Shown here: positions 8,903 through 21,688 of the stretch, in pieces
Layout: each line of letters opens with the position of its first letter
Position numbering within the stretch: the first letter of the stretch is position 1
NCBI GenBank assembly: GCA_965140785.1
Contig: OZ223519.1
Coordinates: forward strand, 192,001-256,000
Direction of reading: 5' to 3'
DNA: 64,000 nt
Source of the DNA: an uncultured Ruficoccus sp.
GTDB lineage: Bacteria > Verrucomicrobiota > Verrucomicrobiia > Opitutales > Cerasicoccaceae
Translations under genes and position numbers: made by a program
The notes under the pieces: model-generated
Seen by the model: only the letters and a program-made list of their open reading frames with translations
Database searches by the model: none
What the model was told of the DNA's origin: nothing

Positions 8903-9967
8903 TTAGGCGAGAGAAAAGCGACCTTCCAGTGCGTTAAATGCGGTGCGGATCATTTTCTCGGTCTCGTCCCAGCCCAGGCACGGGTCGGTGATGGAGACAC
9001 CGTAGTCCATTTTTCCGCCGGCGACGATCTTCTGGTTGCCGCCGTTGAGATTGCTCTCGACCATCGCGCCGATAATGCCCTCGTGGCCCTGGCCGATCTG
9101 GCGGATGGCATCAGCCAGGATGGCCGGGTAGCGGGTGTAGTCCTTTTGCGCATTGTCGTGGCTGCAATCTACCATTAGCGCGGGGGCCAGTCCACTGGCC
9201 TTAAGCTTTTTCAAATAGTCGGCGACATGAGTATCGTCGTAGTTGGGGCCGTTCTTGCCGCCGCGCAGGACCAGGTGGCAGTCGGGGTTGCCCTTGGTGG
9301 TGACGGAGGCGGCGCGGCCCTGCTGGTCGATCCCGAGAAAGGTCTGCTCGCGGCTGGCGGCGTTGATGGCGTTGATCGCGGCCTCGATCGAGCCGTCCGT
9401 GCTGTTTTTAAAGCCCAGGGGCATGGACAGGCCGCTGGCCATCTGCCGGTGGGTCTGGCTCTCGGTCGTGCGGGCGCCGATGGCGGACCAGCAGATGAGG
9501 TCGGCGATGTACTGCGGCGTGATCGGGTCGAGCAGCTCGGTGGCGGTGGGCAGGCCCAGGTCGATCACCTCGCGCAGGAACTCCCGCGCCATGCGCAGGC
9601 CGGCGGGGATATTGTAGCTCTTGTCGATGTAGGGGTCCATGATGAGTCCCTTCCAGCCGACGGTCGTGCGCGGTTTCTCAAAGTACACGCGCATCACAAT
9701 CAGGATGCGTTCGCGGACTTCTTCGGAGAGCTTGGCGAGTTTTTCGGCGTACTCGCGCCCGGCCTTGATGTCGTGGATCGAGCAGGGGCCGACGACGAGC
9801 AGCAGGCGCTTGTCGTTGCCAAAAATGATGCGGTGAATCTCGCGCCGGGCGGCGGCGACAAACTCCTGCTGAGCATCCGTGCGGGGGATCTCCTGCAGCA
9901 GTTGGGCCGGGGCGGGAAGCTCCCGCGTGGCGGCGATATTGATGTCGGTGACCTTAGAGGGCTCCAT
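8903..9967 (-). CDS. aroG: DAHP synthase, class I-alpha (AroF/G/H type)
   Basis: VVGPCSIHD, MRVYFEKPRTTVGWKGL, AIGARTTESQTHRQMASGLS, GFKNSTDG, VDCSHDN, YGVSITDPCLGW. Which isoenzyme cannot be determined. Confidence 0.95.
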   Translation of the reverse strand: MEPSKVTDINIAATRELPAPAQLLQEIPRTDAQQEFVAAARREIHRIIFGNDKRLLLVVGPCSIHDIKAGREYAEKLAKLSEEVRERILIVMRVYFEKPRTTVGWKGLIMDPYIDKSYNIPAGLRMAREFLREVIDLGLPTATELLDPITPQYIADLICWSAIGARTTESQTHRQMASGLSMPLGFKNSTDGSIEAAINAINAASREQTFLGIDQQGRAASVTTKGNPDCHLVLRGGKNGPNYDDTHVADYLKKLKASGLAPALMVDCSHDNAQKDYTRYPAILADAIRQIGQGHEGIIGAMVESNLNGGNQKIVAGGKMDYGVSITDPCLGWDETEKMIRTAFNALEGRFSLA

Positions 9968-10077
9968 GGATCTGTATAAAAAACATCATATCACGTTTGA
10001 CGGAGCGGGTCTTTTCAAGGCTATTCTTGTCACAGGCCGGTTAAATCCGGTTCCGCTCCCTTTATTATTTGTCCCTG

Positions 10078-10965
10078 ATGGCCACTCCTCTCACCACTAC
10101 CGTCCAGCCCGCCGCCGTGCTCCGTGTCAGCGGCGAAGACACCCCGACCTACCTCCAAAGCCAGTGCTCCAACGACTTACGGAGCCTGGAGCCCGGTCAC
10201 TGCTGCTACGGCCTGTGGCTCGACCGCAAGGGCAAGGTCTGCGCCGACAGCTTCGTCTTTCTCCTCGGCGCAGAAAACTACCTGCTGGTCAGCTACCACT
10301 GTCCGGCCGAGGCGCTGATTGCCAAGCTGGAGGAGAATATTATCGCCGACGAGGTGGAGATCGAGGATCTGACAGCGAACGCCGAGCTTGTGGTGGAGAT
10401 CGGCTTGCCTGAGGCAGAAATTCCTGCCGCCGGCACATGCGAGCGGGTGGGAGAGGGCGACGCGCCCTCGGCCCTGCGCTTTGCCGGACGGCGTTCCCGG
10501 CTTCCGTGCCGGGAAACGCTCTGGCTCGCTGGCCGTCCCGCCGGCGAGGAAATCGTCCCCACTCTTGATGTGGACGGGCTCGCCTACGAGCGCATCGCGG
10601 CGGGCATCGCCGCCGTCCCGCAGGACATCGGCCCCGGCGACTTGCCGCAGGAGGGCGGCTTGGAGAAGGTTGCAGTCTCTTTTAATAAAGGCTGCTACCT
10701 GGGCCAGGAAGTTATGGCCCGCCTGCACGCCATGGGGCGCACCCAGCGGGCGCTGCACCGCGTCGAGCTGGAAAAACTCCCTGCAGCGCTCCCGGTGGAC
10801 ATTCTTGACCCGACGGGCAAGGCCGTGGGCGAGCTGCGCTCCGCCGCCAGCGGCGACGACTCCGTCATCGGGTTGGCCATGCTGAAAAAACGCGCCCTGG
10901 AAAACGGCGGCCCCTTTTCCCTGGCCGACGGCGCAAACGTGCAAATAGTAGAAGCGCTTGCCTGA
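10078..10965 (+). CDS. ygfZ: Folate-binding protein YgfZ (GcvT-like)
   Basis: VSGEDTPTYLQSQCSND N-terminus and the VSFNKGCYLGQEVMARL signature. Confidence 0.92.
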   Translation: MATPLTTTVQPAAVLRVSGEDTPTYLQSQCSNDLRSLEPGHCCYGLWLDRKGKVCADSFVFLLGAENYLLVSYHCPAEALIAKLEENIIADEVEIEDLTANAELVVEIGLPEAEIPAAGTCERVGEGDAPSALRFAGRRSRLPCRETLWLAGRPAGEEIVPTLDVDGLAYERIAAGIAAVPQDIGPGDLPQEGGLEKVAVSFNKGCYLGQEVMARLHAMGRTQRALHRVELEKLPAALPVDILDPTGKAVGELRSAASGDDSVIGLAMLKKRALENGGPFSLADGANVQIVEALA

Positions 10966-11228
10966 TGGATCAGTCACAGGAATCACTGGTGCAGCTCTGC
11001 CAACGTCTGGGGGCTTCCCCGGAGCAGGCCCGTACCATGGCCCGGCAACTTTGGAAACGCTCCGAGCAGATCGCCCGCGAGCGTAATATCAAGCAGGTTG
11101 AGGCCATGGACCATCTTCTGAGGCTGATGGTCAGGGGGAGGCAGGGGGTAGTTTGGACCGATCCCCCGCCAGAAAAGGCCTCAAACCCCGCCAAACCCTC
11201 AAAAAAACAGGGAATAGACCAAGATTAA
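10965..11228 (+). CDS. Small hypothetical protein translationally coupled to ygfZ
   Basis: TGATG stop/start overlap; helical-looking 87-aa ORF. Confidence 0.7.
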   Translation: MDQSQESLVQLCQRLGASPEQARTMARQLWKRSEQIARERNIKQVEAMDHLLRLMVRGRQGVVWTDPPPEKASNPAKPSKKQGIDQD

Positions 11229-11308
11229 GGTTGACGGTGCGTGGCTCGCATCTACGTAATCACCCTCGTCTTCTCACACCGTAAACATCCAATACAAACT
11301 ATACACAT

Positions 11309-11584
11309 ATGAATAAAGCAGAGCTTGTTATCGAAGTGCAAAAGCAACTCGGTAAAGACACCTCCAAGGCTCAGGCCGAACGCGCCGTTGATGCCTTCCT
11401 CGACGCCGTCAAAAAGGGCGTGAAAAAAGATAAGGCTGTTCAGCTCATCGGTTTCGGTACTTTCTCCGTCACCAAGCGTGCTGCCCGCACCGGCGTCAAC
11501 CCGAAGACCGGTGAAAAGATCAAGATTGCCGCTTCGAAGACTGTTAAGTTCAAGCCGGGCGCCGGTTTGAAGAGCATTCTCTAA
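11309..11584 (+). CDS. hup: HU DNA-binding protein
   Basis: MNKAELV...VQLIGFGTFSVTKRAARTGVNPKTGEKIKIAASKTVKFKPG. Confidence 0.98.
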   Translation: MNKAELVIEVQKQLGKDTSKAQAERAVDAFLDAVKKGVKKDKAVQLIGFGTFSVTKRAARTGVNPKTGEKIKIAASKTVKFKPGAGLKSIL

Positions 11585-11609
11585 TCTGTCCTGCAATTTT
11601 AGACTTGAG

Positions 11610-11640
11610 AAAGCCCGCAGTTACTGCGGGCTTTTTCTTT
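11610..11640 (+). terminator. Intrinsic terminator after the HU gene
   Basis: AAAGCCCGCAG-TTA-CTGCGGGCTTT followed by TTCTTT. Confidence 0.88.
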
Positions 11641-11645
11641 GCATC

Positions 11646-12812
11646 ATGAAAGAAGCCGTAAACCATTTCCACAAGTGCTTCGGGGAAGCGCCCGAGCATG
11701 TTGCTGTCGCACCCGGCAGGCTTGAATTCATCGGCAATCACAACGATTACAACGGCGGCCCCGTCATGGGGCTGGCCGTGGACTGTGTGATGGGCATCGC
11801 CCTGAGCCGCAAGCCCGAGGACACCGCCGAGCTGGTCGATGTAAAACTCGACGGGCGCGTGGTCGTGCCGTTGACGGACCTGAAGCCCGTCCAGGGCACC
11901 GATAGCTGGGTCAACTACCCGCTGGGGGTTTTTCACGTTATGCGCAAGGCCGGGCTCGACCTGCCCGGCGGCTTCCGCATGGCGGTGGCCAGTACGCTGC
12001 CTGCCGGTGCCGGGATGAGCAGCAGCGCGGCTTTCGAGCTCGCCGCCGCTTACGCCTACTCGGCTGCCTTCGGCTTCCAGGCGGACCGCAAGCAGATGGC
12101 CCGCTACGGGCGCCAGGCCGAGAACCAGTTCGTCGGTGTGCCTTGCGGCATTCTCGACCAGGGTGTGAGCGCCTTCGGCGAGGAGAATCACATCGTGAGT
12201 ATCGACTGCAAGACTGAGACCTTCGATCGGGTGCCGATGCCTGCGGGCATCCACTTCTGGGTCTTCAACACGCAGAAAAAACACGCCCTGCTCGACTCCC
12301 TTTACGAGACCCGCCACCGCGAGTGCATGGAGGCCTTTGACATCCTCAAGGTGAAGTACCCTGAGCTCGAGTGCCTGGCCGATACCTCGCTGGCCCAGCT
12401 CGACAGCCTCAGCGAGCAGATGGCGGACAACCTCCTGGCCCGCGCCCGCCACGTCGTGACCGAGACCATGCGCGTGCGCGAAATGGCTTCGGCCCTGCGC
12501 GACGGCGACCTCAAGCGCATGGGCGACCTGCTGCTGGCCTCGCACGCCAGCTCGCGTCACGACTTCGAGAACAGCTGCGACGAACTCGACTTCCTTGTGG
12601 ATGAACTGCGCGAGCTCAATGGCGTTCATGGCGCCCGCTTGACCGGTGGTGGTTTCGGCGGCGCGGTTATGGCCGTGACCGACGGCACTTTCTCCGCGGA
12701 GACCGCGCAGGAAGCCTGTGCCCGTTATCAGGAGCGCTTTGGCCACACCCCGACGATCTTCCACACCCGCTCCGGCGAGGGCGCCCATGTGGTCGAATCG
12801 GCCAAGGCATAG
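11646..12812 (+). CDS. galK: Galactokinase
   Basis: APGRLEFIGNHNDYNGG, LPAGAGMSSSAA (GHMP P-loop), AENQFVGVPCGILDQ, GARLTGGGFGG. Confidence 0.95.
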   Translation: MKEAVNHFHKCFGEAPEHVAVAPGRLEFIGNHNDYNGGPVMGLAVDCVMGIALSRKPEDTAELVDVKLDGRVVVPLTDLKPVQGTDSWVNYPLGVFHVMRKAGLDLPGGFRMAVASTLPAGAGMSSSAAFELAAAYAYSAAFGFQADRKQMARYGRQAENQFVGVPCGILDQGVSAFGEENHIVSIDCKTETFDRVPMPAGIHFWVFNTQKKHALLDSLYETRHRECMEAFDILKVKYPELECLADTSLAQLDSLSEQMADNLLARARHVVTETMRVREMASALRDGDLKRMGDLLLASHASSRHDFENSCDELDFLVDELRELNGVHGARLTGGGFGGAVMAVTDGTFSAETAQEACARYQERFGHTPTIFHTRSGEGAHVVESAKA

Positions 12813-12841
12813 CGCTGGCGAACTCGGTATTTTATATAGCC

Positions 12842-12878
12842 AAAAGGCCGGGCAGTGTTGCCCGGCCTTTTTTTGTTT
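12842..12878. terminator. Bidirectional terminator between galK and the GH4 gene
   Basis: AAAAGGCCGGGCA-GTGT-TGCCCGGCCTTTTTTT between convergent genes. Confidence 0.88.
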
Positions 12879-12905
12879 GTGCGTTTAGCGGAAGCTTTGC
12901 ACGCC

Positions 12906-15086
12906 TTAGACGGCGGCGGCGGTCCGGCTCCAGTTGATCCACAGGAAGTGGCCGCTGGTGTCGGTGTTTTCCACTTTGCCGCTGAGGGTGGCGTGACCGC
13001 CGGAGTGCGCGTCGCCGAGGGCGCTGAGGTTGCAGAGGCAGTCGAAGAGCAGAGCCTCGCCCGCGGTCGGCAGCTTGAGTGCCGCGAGGGGCAGGCGCAG
13101 TTGCGCTTCGTAGTACATCGGGGTTGTGCGCTGGGTGGCGGCGGCACCGGCCAGCGGTTTTCCATCCATGAGCAGCGTGGGTTCTTTCTCGTCCTTTCCA
13201 GCCGGACGCAGGACGACAGTGCGGACTTTTTCCGCGTGCTCGGGATCGGCGAAGTAAAACTGCGTGCAGGAGGCCAAGTGGGGACGGTGAGTATTGGTCC
13301 GGATATCCGAGTCGTTCACCTTCAGCTCGATGAGAAGGTCGTCGCCCTCCTTGCGGAGGGAGCCACTGACGGCGTCGAACCCGGCCAGCTTCATGGCGAA
13401 GCGGGCCTCGCCCTCTTCGGTGATTTCCAGGCACTTGCGCGGGCGCAGGACAGCTCCGACGGCGAGCACCTGAGCGCTCTCGGCATCCAGACTGATCCGG
13501 TATTCGCTGTCGATGGCGGATTGGTTGGTCGCGGTTAGCTCCATCGTTTCGCTTCCGTTGGCCGGAACCTTGAGCGAGACGCTCTCCTCCACGCTGATCC
13601 GTCCGTCCTGCGGAAGCAGTCGGAAGCTGACCTCGACGGCTTCGGCGGTCGGGTTCTCGACGCTGAGGTGCAGCGTGTTCTGCCCGTCGGCTTCGGTGGC
13701 GAAGGCGCCCTTGCCCTCCAGCCGGGCAATGAGCCGATCCCCAATGCCCGCGAAGCCCCGTCCGGTGTTCTTCAGGGTGGGGGTGAACTCCCCGAGGTAA
13801 CCGTCCTTCTGGTGGACCTCGATCAACTCGTCGCACATCGCCCAGATACTATCGAGGGTGAGGGTTGAGGCGGCGTTCGGGTCCATCATGACGGCGTGGT
13901 AAATGTGCTCGCGCTTGCCGGTGAGGGCGGCTTTTACGGTCAGCTCCTGCACGTTGATGTTGCTCATGCACATCGCGGCCAGTTGCGGGGGCAGTTTGCC
14001 GATGCGGACCGGATGCAGGCCGGTGCTGTCCACCAGGCAGGGGACCTCGACATTGCAGTTGTAGGGGAGGTTTTCGATCGTGCCTTTGTTGGGCACATTG
14101 CCGTAAACGGTGCGCGGCTGGCCGCTTTCGCGGGAGTGGATGATGTAGGAGCCGTATTCGTGGGACTGCTCGCCCAGCTCGATGTCACCGTTCTCACCCA
14201 GCAGGTTGGCCTCAGTTTCGTGCCAGGAACTGATAATGGCGTCGCAGCGGCGCAGGTACTCGTCGATCGGAATACCAAAGCGCTCGATCACCTCCTGGCC
14301 GTGATGGATGAAGTACGGCACGTACTCGCTCTGGTGCTCGCTGGACTCAGTCACGTAGTAGCCGGTGCGGCGCATCATCTCGAAACGGACAAGCTCATGC
14401 GTGCGCTCCGGGTCTTCCAACGCCTTGAAGAGTAGTGGGTAGGCGTCCTGGCCCTTGTACTGGAATTTCAGGAAGAACGCCATGTGATTGATCCCGGCCA
14501 CCAGGTAGCTGACGTCCTCGGGCGGCAGGTTGGCGAAGCGGCACAACTGGTTGGCCGTGCCGAAGACCGAGTGGCACAATCCCACGTGCGGGATGCCGAC
14601 GGCTTCCTCGACCGCCCAGCAGTTCATGGCCATCGGGTTGGTGTAGTTGAGAAAAAGGCAGTCGGGCCGGGCGTAGTCGGCGATGTCGCGGGCGATGCCA
14701 TTGATGACCGGGATGGTCCGCAGGGCGCGGAAGACTCCGCCCACGCCGAGCGTGTCGGCAATGGTTTGCCGGAGACCATACTTTTTCGGGATCTCAAAGT
14801 CGTGCACCGTTGAGGGCTTGTAGCCGCCGACCTGGATCGTGCAGATAACGTAGTCCGCGTCGCGGATGGCCGCGCGCTGGTCGAGCGTGGACTCGATGCG
14901 GGCGGGCACGCCGAGTTTTTGCGCGATGCGGCGCATCATAACGTCGGCCACCTTGAGGCGGTCCGGGTCGATGTCCATCAGGCAGATGGTCGCGTCGGCC
15001 AGTTCGGGGAAGCGCAGGATGTCGCTGACAAGGGTCTTGGCGAAGACGACCGAGCCGGCGCCGATGAGGGTGATTTTACGGGTCAT
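12906..15086 (-). CDS. melA: GH4 alpha-galactosidase (MelA-like) with a ~280-aa C-terminal extension
   Basis: KITLIGAGSVVF, DFEIPKKYGLRQTIADTLGVGG, NYTNPMAM, VGLCHSV, AGINHMAF, TESSEHQSEYVP; extra region after WAMCDELIEVH. Confidence 0.9.
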   Translation of the reverse strand: MTRKITLIGAGSVVFAKTLVSDILRFPELADATICLMDIDPDRLKVADVMMRRIAQKLGVPARIESTLDQRAAIRDADYVICTIQVGGYKPSTVHDFEIPKKYGLRQTIADTLGVGGVFRALRTIPVINGIARDIADYARPDCLFLNYTNPMAMNCWAVEEAVGIPHVGLCHSVFGTANQLCRFANLPPEDVSYLVAGINHMAFFLKFQYKGQDAYPLLFKALEDPERTHELVRFEMMRRTGYYVTESSEHQSEYVPYFIHHGQEVIERFGIPIDEYLRRCDAIISSWHETEANLLGENGDIELGEQSHEYGSYIIHSRESGQPRTVYGNVPNKGTIENLPYNCNVEVPCLVDSTGLHPVRIGKLPPQLAAMCMSNINVQELTVKAALTGKREHIYHAVMMDPNAASTLTLDSIWAMCDELIEVHQKDGYLGEFTPTLKNTGRGFAGIGDRLIARLEGKGAFATEADGQNTLHLSVENPTAEAVEVSFRLLPQDGRISVEESVSLKVPANGSETMELTATNQSAIDSEYRISLDAESAQVLAVGAVLRPRKCLEITEEGEARFAMKLAGFDAVSGSLRKEGDDLLIELKVNDSDIRTNTHRPHLASCTQFYFADPEHAEKVRTVVLRPAGKDEKEPTLLMDGKPLAGAAATQRTTPMYYEAQLRLPLAALKLPTAGEALLFDCLCNLSALGDAHSGGHATLSGKVENTDTSGHFLWINWSRTAAAV

Positions 15087-15193
15087 GTTGAGTGGGATGT
15101 GAAGTTCTTGCGGGGAGACTTCGTGGCCGCTCCCCTTTGTTTGGTGATCAGGCGAAGATTACGCCTCGATCAGGCTGTTTATCAAGAAGTCCG

Positions 15194-15220
15194 TTGTGAC
15201 TTAAATCATGCATTTTGTGA
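15194..15220 (-). promoter_or_regulatory. Putative AraC (MelR-like) tandem half-sites upstream of the GH4 gene
   Basis: TTGTGA at 15194 and 15215 (21-bp period) between the divergent GH4 and AraC genes. Confidence 0.5.
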
Positions 15221-15255
15221 TCGACCTGATGTGCGGTTGCTTATTGAGTGGAGGC

Positions 15256-16041
15256 ATGGACCCGCTGATGAAGTGTTTTTTCTACGGGGAAGAGGCCCGG
15301 TCGTCGAGCCGGTACTTCTGGAACAACCGAGGCCGTGAAGCAGTCGAAGGAGGGGTGTGTGTGATTCAGCGGACCATCACCGGCGAGGCTTTTTACCGGG
15401 ACACCCGCGAGCACGTGCGGGTGGGGCGGGGCGAGGCCATGTTATTCAGCCATGGCGAGGACTCCTGCTATGGCTATCCACGGGATGCGACCGAGCCCTA
15501 CCGGCTGGGTTTTCTGGCCCTGTCTGGCGTCGCCGACCTGTTTGCCGCCATCCGTGAGAAGGCCGGCTCGCGCATCGCCCTGTCAGCGCGTTCGGAGGCC
15601 CTGTCTGCTTTTCAGTCCGTGGTGCATCACTATCGGCAGCGGAGCTTTCGGGATCGCTTTCACGAGTCCCAATGCATCTATGAGCTTTTACTCGCGCTCT
15701 TGCGCCAGGCTTGGCAGGGCGATCTGACGCGCGATCCGGTGGCCGCCGCCCACGATCATATCCAGGCCCACTTCTCCGAGCCGTTATCCCAGAAGGAGGT
15801 TGCTGAGCGGGTGGGTCTGAGCCGGGAGCATCTGACGCGGATGTTTAAGCGCCGCTACGGGATTACGCCCGGCCACCTGTGCCACACCTTGCGGATGCAA
15901 AAAGCGCGGGAATTGCTGGAGTTGCAATTCGGCCAGGTTTCCGAAGTTGCTGCCTGTTGCGGCTATACGGACGCTAACAGCTTTGCGCGGGCCTTTAAGA
16001 ACACTACCGGAATATCGCCACAACAGTACCTGCGAGCTTGA
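15256..16041 (+). CDS. AraC family regulator, divergent from GH4
   Basis: GGAGG RBS before ATG 15256; C-terminal LSQKEVAERVGLSREHLTRMFK...VSEVAACCGYTDANSFARAFK...SPQQY. Confidence 0.92.
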   Translation: MDPLMKCFFYGEEARSSSRYFWNNRGREAVEGGVCVIQRTITGEAFYRDTREHVRVGRGEAMLFSHGEDSCYGYPRDATEPYRLGFLALSGVADLFAAIREKAGSRIALSARSEALSAFQSVVHHYRQRSFRDRFHESQCIYELLLALLRQAWQGDLTRDPVAAAHDHIQAHFSEPLSQKEVAERVGLSREHLTRMFKRRYGITPGHLCHTLRMQKARELLELQFGQVSEVAACCGYTDANSFARAFKNTTGISPQQYLRA

Positions 16042-16208
16042 GTGTACTGGATTTCAGCTTTATGTAACAGATATCAGCTTTACTATCTGAGGAGTTGGCT
16101 GATTGAAAATGAAGTTGGTTATTTCATCATAATATAAAATAAACACTCTAGCAGGATGGCCTTCTATAGTTTCGACTTACGGAGACCGCTTCCAGTATAA
16201 CACTTACC

Positions 16209-16825
16209 ATGGAGAACGGCACTATCCCCCCTATGCGTCGAGTGTGTCCGTTATCGGTTTTTGTAGCGATTCTTGTCGGCCTGATCGCGGTCATTGTTCA
16301 TTTCGGCTGGATCTTTCATTCCTATACCCTGGTCCAGATCCTGCCCGGTCTGGCGCCGATGCAGGCGACGACGGCTTTGGGGTTTGTTTTTTTCGCCGGT
16401 GCTCTGTTCTTTCTCTCCATTTCCCCCCTCTGGGATCGCGGGTCCCTGAAAACCTGGTTTAGCCTGGCCCTGCTGATATGGGGGCTGATCAACTTAGCCC
16501 AGCATCTCCTCGGGTTCAATATCGGGGTCGACCACCTGCTCTCCGAACCGTTTGTGGCGGATCGCTCTCCGGCGCCGGGGCGGATGTCCCTGCTGACCAG
16601 CCTCTGTTTCGTCCTGGGTGGGGGGGCGATGACCTTGGCCACCGTACGTAACAAGGGCGTCTGGTGCGAGATTTCCATTTTGATCCTGAGCTGTGCGCTG
16701 GCCGGAATTGCGGGGTCTTCCCTGTTTCGTTACGTGCTGGGTCTTCCCCCGCTGCTGTGGCTGGAGTACCGGCTCTCGGAAATGGCCATCCATACCTCCC
16801 TGGCCTTTTTACTGTTGGCACTGGA

Positions 16826-16829
<4 letters not shown>
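16209..16829 (+). CDS. Multi-TM membrane sensor module (probable N-terminal part of the downstream kinase)
   Basis: Several TM helices with [23 protein letters not shown] and [12 protein letters not shown], motifs of integral-membrane sensory N-termini of kinases and cyclases; stop overlaps the next ATG. Confidence 0.75.
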
Positions 16830-19711
<2,882 letters not shown>

Positions 19712-19815
19712 AGCAAGCCGCCCTCCGTTTTTGTACTTCTTTTCGCTCTACCCGGCCTTCCTGTTCCATCCTTTCCTGCACTGGGTGGGACGTGCCCAAT
19801 CAGGAGGGCCGCGCA

Positions 19816-21684
19816 TCACTTCTCCGTCGGCACGACGATGCCGCGAAGGATGATCTTTTGCGCGAAGATAAAGACCAGCAGTGGCGGGATCGCGGCCAGC
19901 AGGACCGAGGCGTAAACCCCGCCGCTGGAGACCGTCTCGCGGTACTGGTACATCCACACCGGCAGCAACCACATGTCCTGCTCCGGTGCCACGATGATCG
20001 CGAACAGAAACAGCGTGTAGGCGGCGTTGAACGCACTCAGCGCCACCACGGCCAGGATGGGCTTGCTCAGCGCCATCGTGAGGGTGAAAAACATCCGAGC
20101 CTCCGAGGCGCCCTCGATCTGAGCGGCCTCGTAGAGTTCGCGCGGCAGCGAGTCGAAGAAGCCCTTGAGCAAAAAGATGAGGTAGCCATTGGCCACGGTC
20201 GGCAGCAGCAGCCCGGCGAAGGTGTTCATCAGGCTGAGCTTTTGCAGCATGAGAAAGACCGGGATCGTTGTGACCATCGGCGGGAAGGCCATCACCGCCA
20301 TCATCAGGAGCAGCACCTTGTAGCTGCCCGGCAGTTGAAAGCGCGAGAGCGCATAGGCGGCCAGCGGGTTGATCAATACGGCGACCAGCACCGAGAGTGC
20401 GCAGAAGATGACCGTGTTCCACAACACGCGCCCCTCCAGTGCGATGGCATCGATTACGTTGACGAAGTTGCGCGTGGCGAACTGCCAGCGTAGCGCCCCG
20501 GCGTGTTCGTGGGCGTACAGGGCCTCCAGGTCGGCCAGCGGAAGCCAGCTGTATCCAAAATCCGGATACGATTCGCCATACGCCAGCGAAAGACTCTCGG
20601 GCGTACCGTACTTGTCATTGAGCCAGTCGGCCCAGGCGTACTCCGGGCCGGTCAGCGTCCAGCGCTCCGGCCCCACCGTGCGCAGGAACTCCCCGTAGTC
20701 GAGTCGCTCCGCGCCCGATAGGTACTCGCCTGCAGGCAGTGTTATCTCAATAAAATCACCGTAGCCCGTATCGCCCCACTCCTGGTTGAGCTTTCCAATC
20801 TCGCCGTCGTAGCGCTCGGAGAGGAAGCGCTGATACTCCGCCGCGTCCACGCCCTCCAGTGAAACGAAGGATGGGTTCAGCTCCTCCCCGACGAATGCCA
20901 CCCAGGCCGCCCGAAAGTCCGCCTGTTCCACCGGTGGCACACGCCGGGGCAGACGGAACTCGTGCCAGTCTTTCAGGTTCAGCCCGAGCGCGGTGTTGGT
21001 CTTTTCGAGTGTACCGAATTCCGGATACGCGACCTGCGTGAGGAACGCGCCCGAGAGCGAGACCAGGCGGCGTTCGCCCGGCGGCGACTCGCGCAGGAGC
21101 CGGGCGTATTCCTGGTTGAGCGCGTTATCGGGGAAGTCGTAGCGGTTCGAGAGCCACTCGGGAAAGGGCAGGGAGACCTGCGTCCAACTCGTGATGGCCG
21201 CTCCCGTCTCGCGGGCGAACGCCTCCACCTCGCCGTCGAAGCGTGTCTGTACACGCTGGCGCAGTGTGCGCAGGTTGAGCGGGATGGTCAGCATGCCCGA
21301 GGTTCCGGCCAGCCCCTGCCAATGCAGCGGTAAATCGCTTGTCTCGATGAACTCCCGCAGGTCGCGGGCGGCGGTCGCGTTGAGCGACGGCAGCCCGGCC
21401 TGCGCAAAGGCGTAGGCGTGGCTCAGGTGCGCGGCGTTGAGCTCGCCGATGCGCTGCTCGTATTTGTATTCGAGAAATTTCCGCGTGAGCGCATCTTCAC
21501 TGACGAAGTAGCCGGGCACCAGCCCCAGTTCGTTTTCGTCTATCTCACTGCGAAACGACCCCGACACGAGCAGCAGCAGCGGGTAGAGCATCGTCACCGC
21601 CCCCAATGTGAGCAGCACGAAGGTCGCCGCATGGAAAATGCGCCCGGCGGCGGACTTGGATTCGACTGGCGTAAAGATCGGCAT
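19816..21684 (-). CDS. Carbohydrate ABC permease (MalG-like) with a large extracytoplasmic insertion
   Basis: TM1, then a ~340-aa insert, then NTVIF...AAYALSRF and the EAA loop FFDSLPRELYEAAQIEGAS. Confidence 0.9.
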   Translation of the reverse strand: MPIFTPVESKSAAGRIFHAATFVLLTLGAVTMLYPLLLLVSGSFRSEIDENELGLVPGYFVSEDALTRKFLEYKYEQRIGELNAAHLSHAYAFAQAGLPSLNATAARDLREFIETSDLPLHWQGLAGTSGMLTIPLNLRTLRQRVQTRFDGEVEAFARETGAAITSWTQVSLPFPEWLSNRYDFPDNALNQEYARLLRESPPGERRLVSLSGAFLTQVAYPEFGTLEKTNTALGLNLKDWHEFRLPRRVPPVEQADFRAAWVAFVGEELNPSFVSLEGVDAAEYQRFLSERYDGEIGKLNQEWGDTGYGDFIEITLPAGEYLSGAERLDYGEFLRTVGPERWTLTGPEYAWADWLNDKYGTPESLSLAYGESYPDFGYSWLPLADLEALYAHEHAGALRWQFATRNFVNVIDAIALEGRVLWNTVIFCALSVLVAVLINPLAAYALSRFQLPGSYKVLLLMMAVMAFPPMVTTIPVFLMLQKLSLMNTFAGLLLPTVANGYLIFLLKGFFDSLPRELYEAAQIEGASEARMFFTLTMALSKPILAVVALSAFNAAYTLFLFAIIVAPEQDMWLLPVWMYQYRETVSSGGVYASVLLAAIPPLLVFIFAQKIILRGIVVPTEK

Positions 21685-21688
21685 GGCG

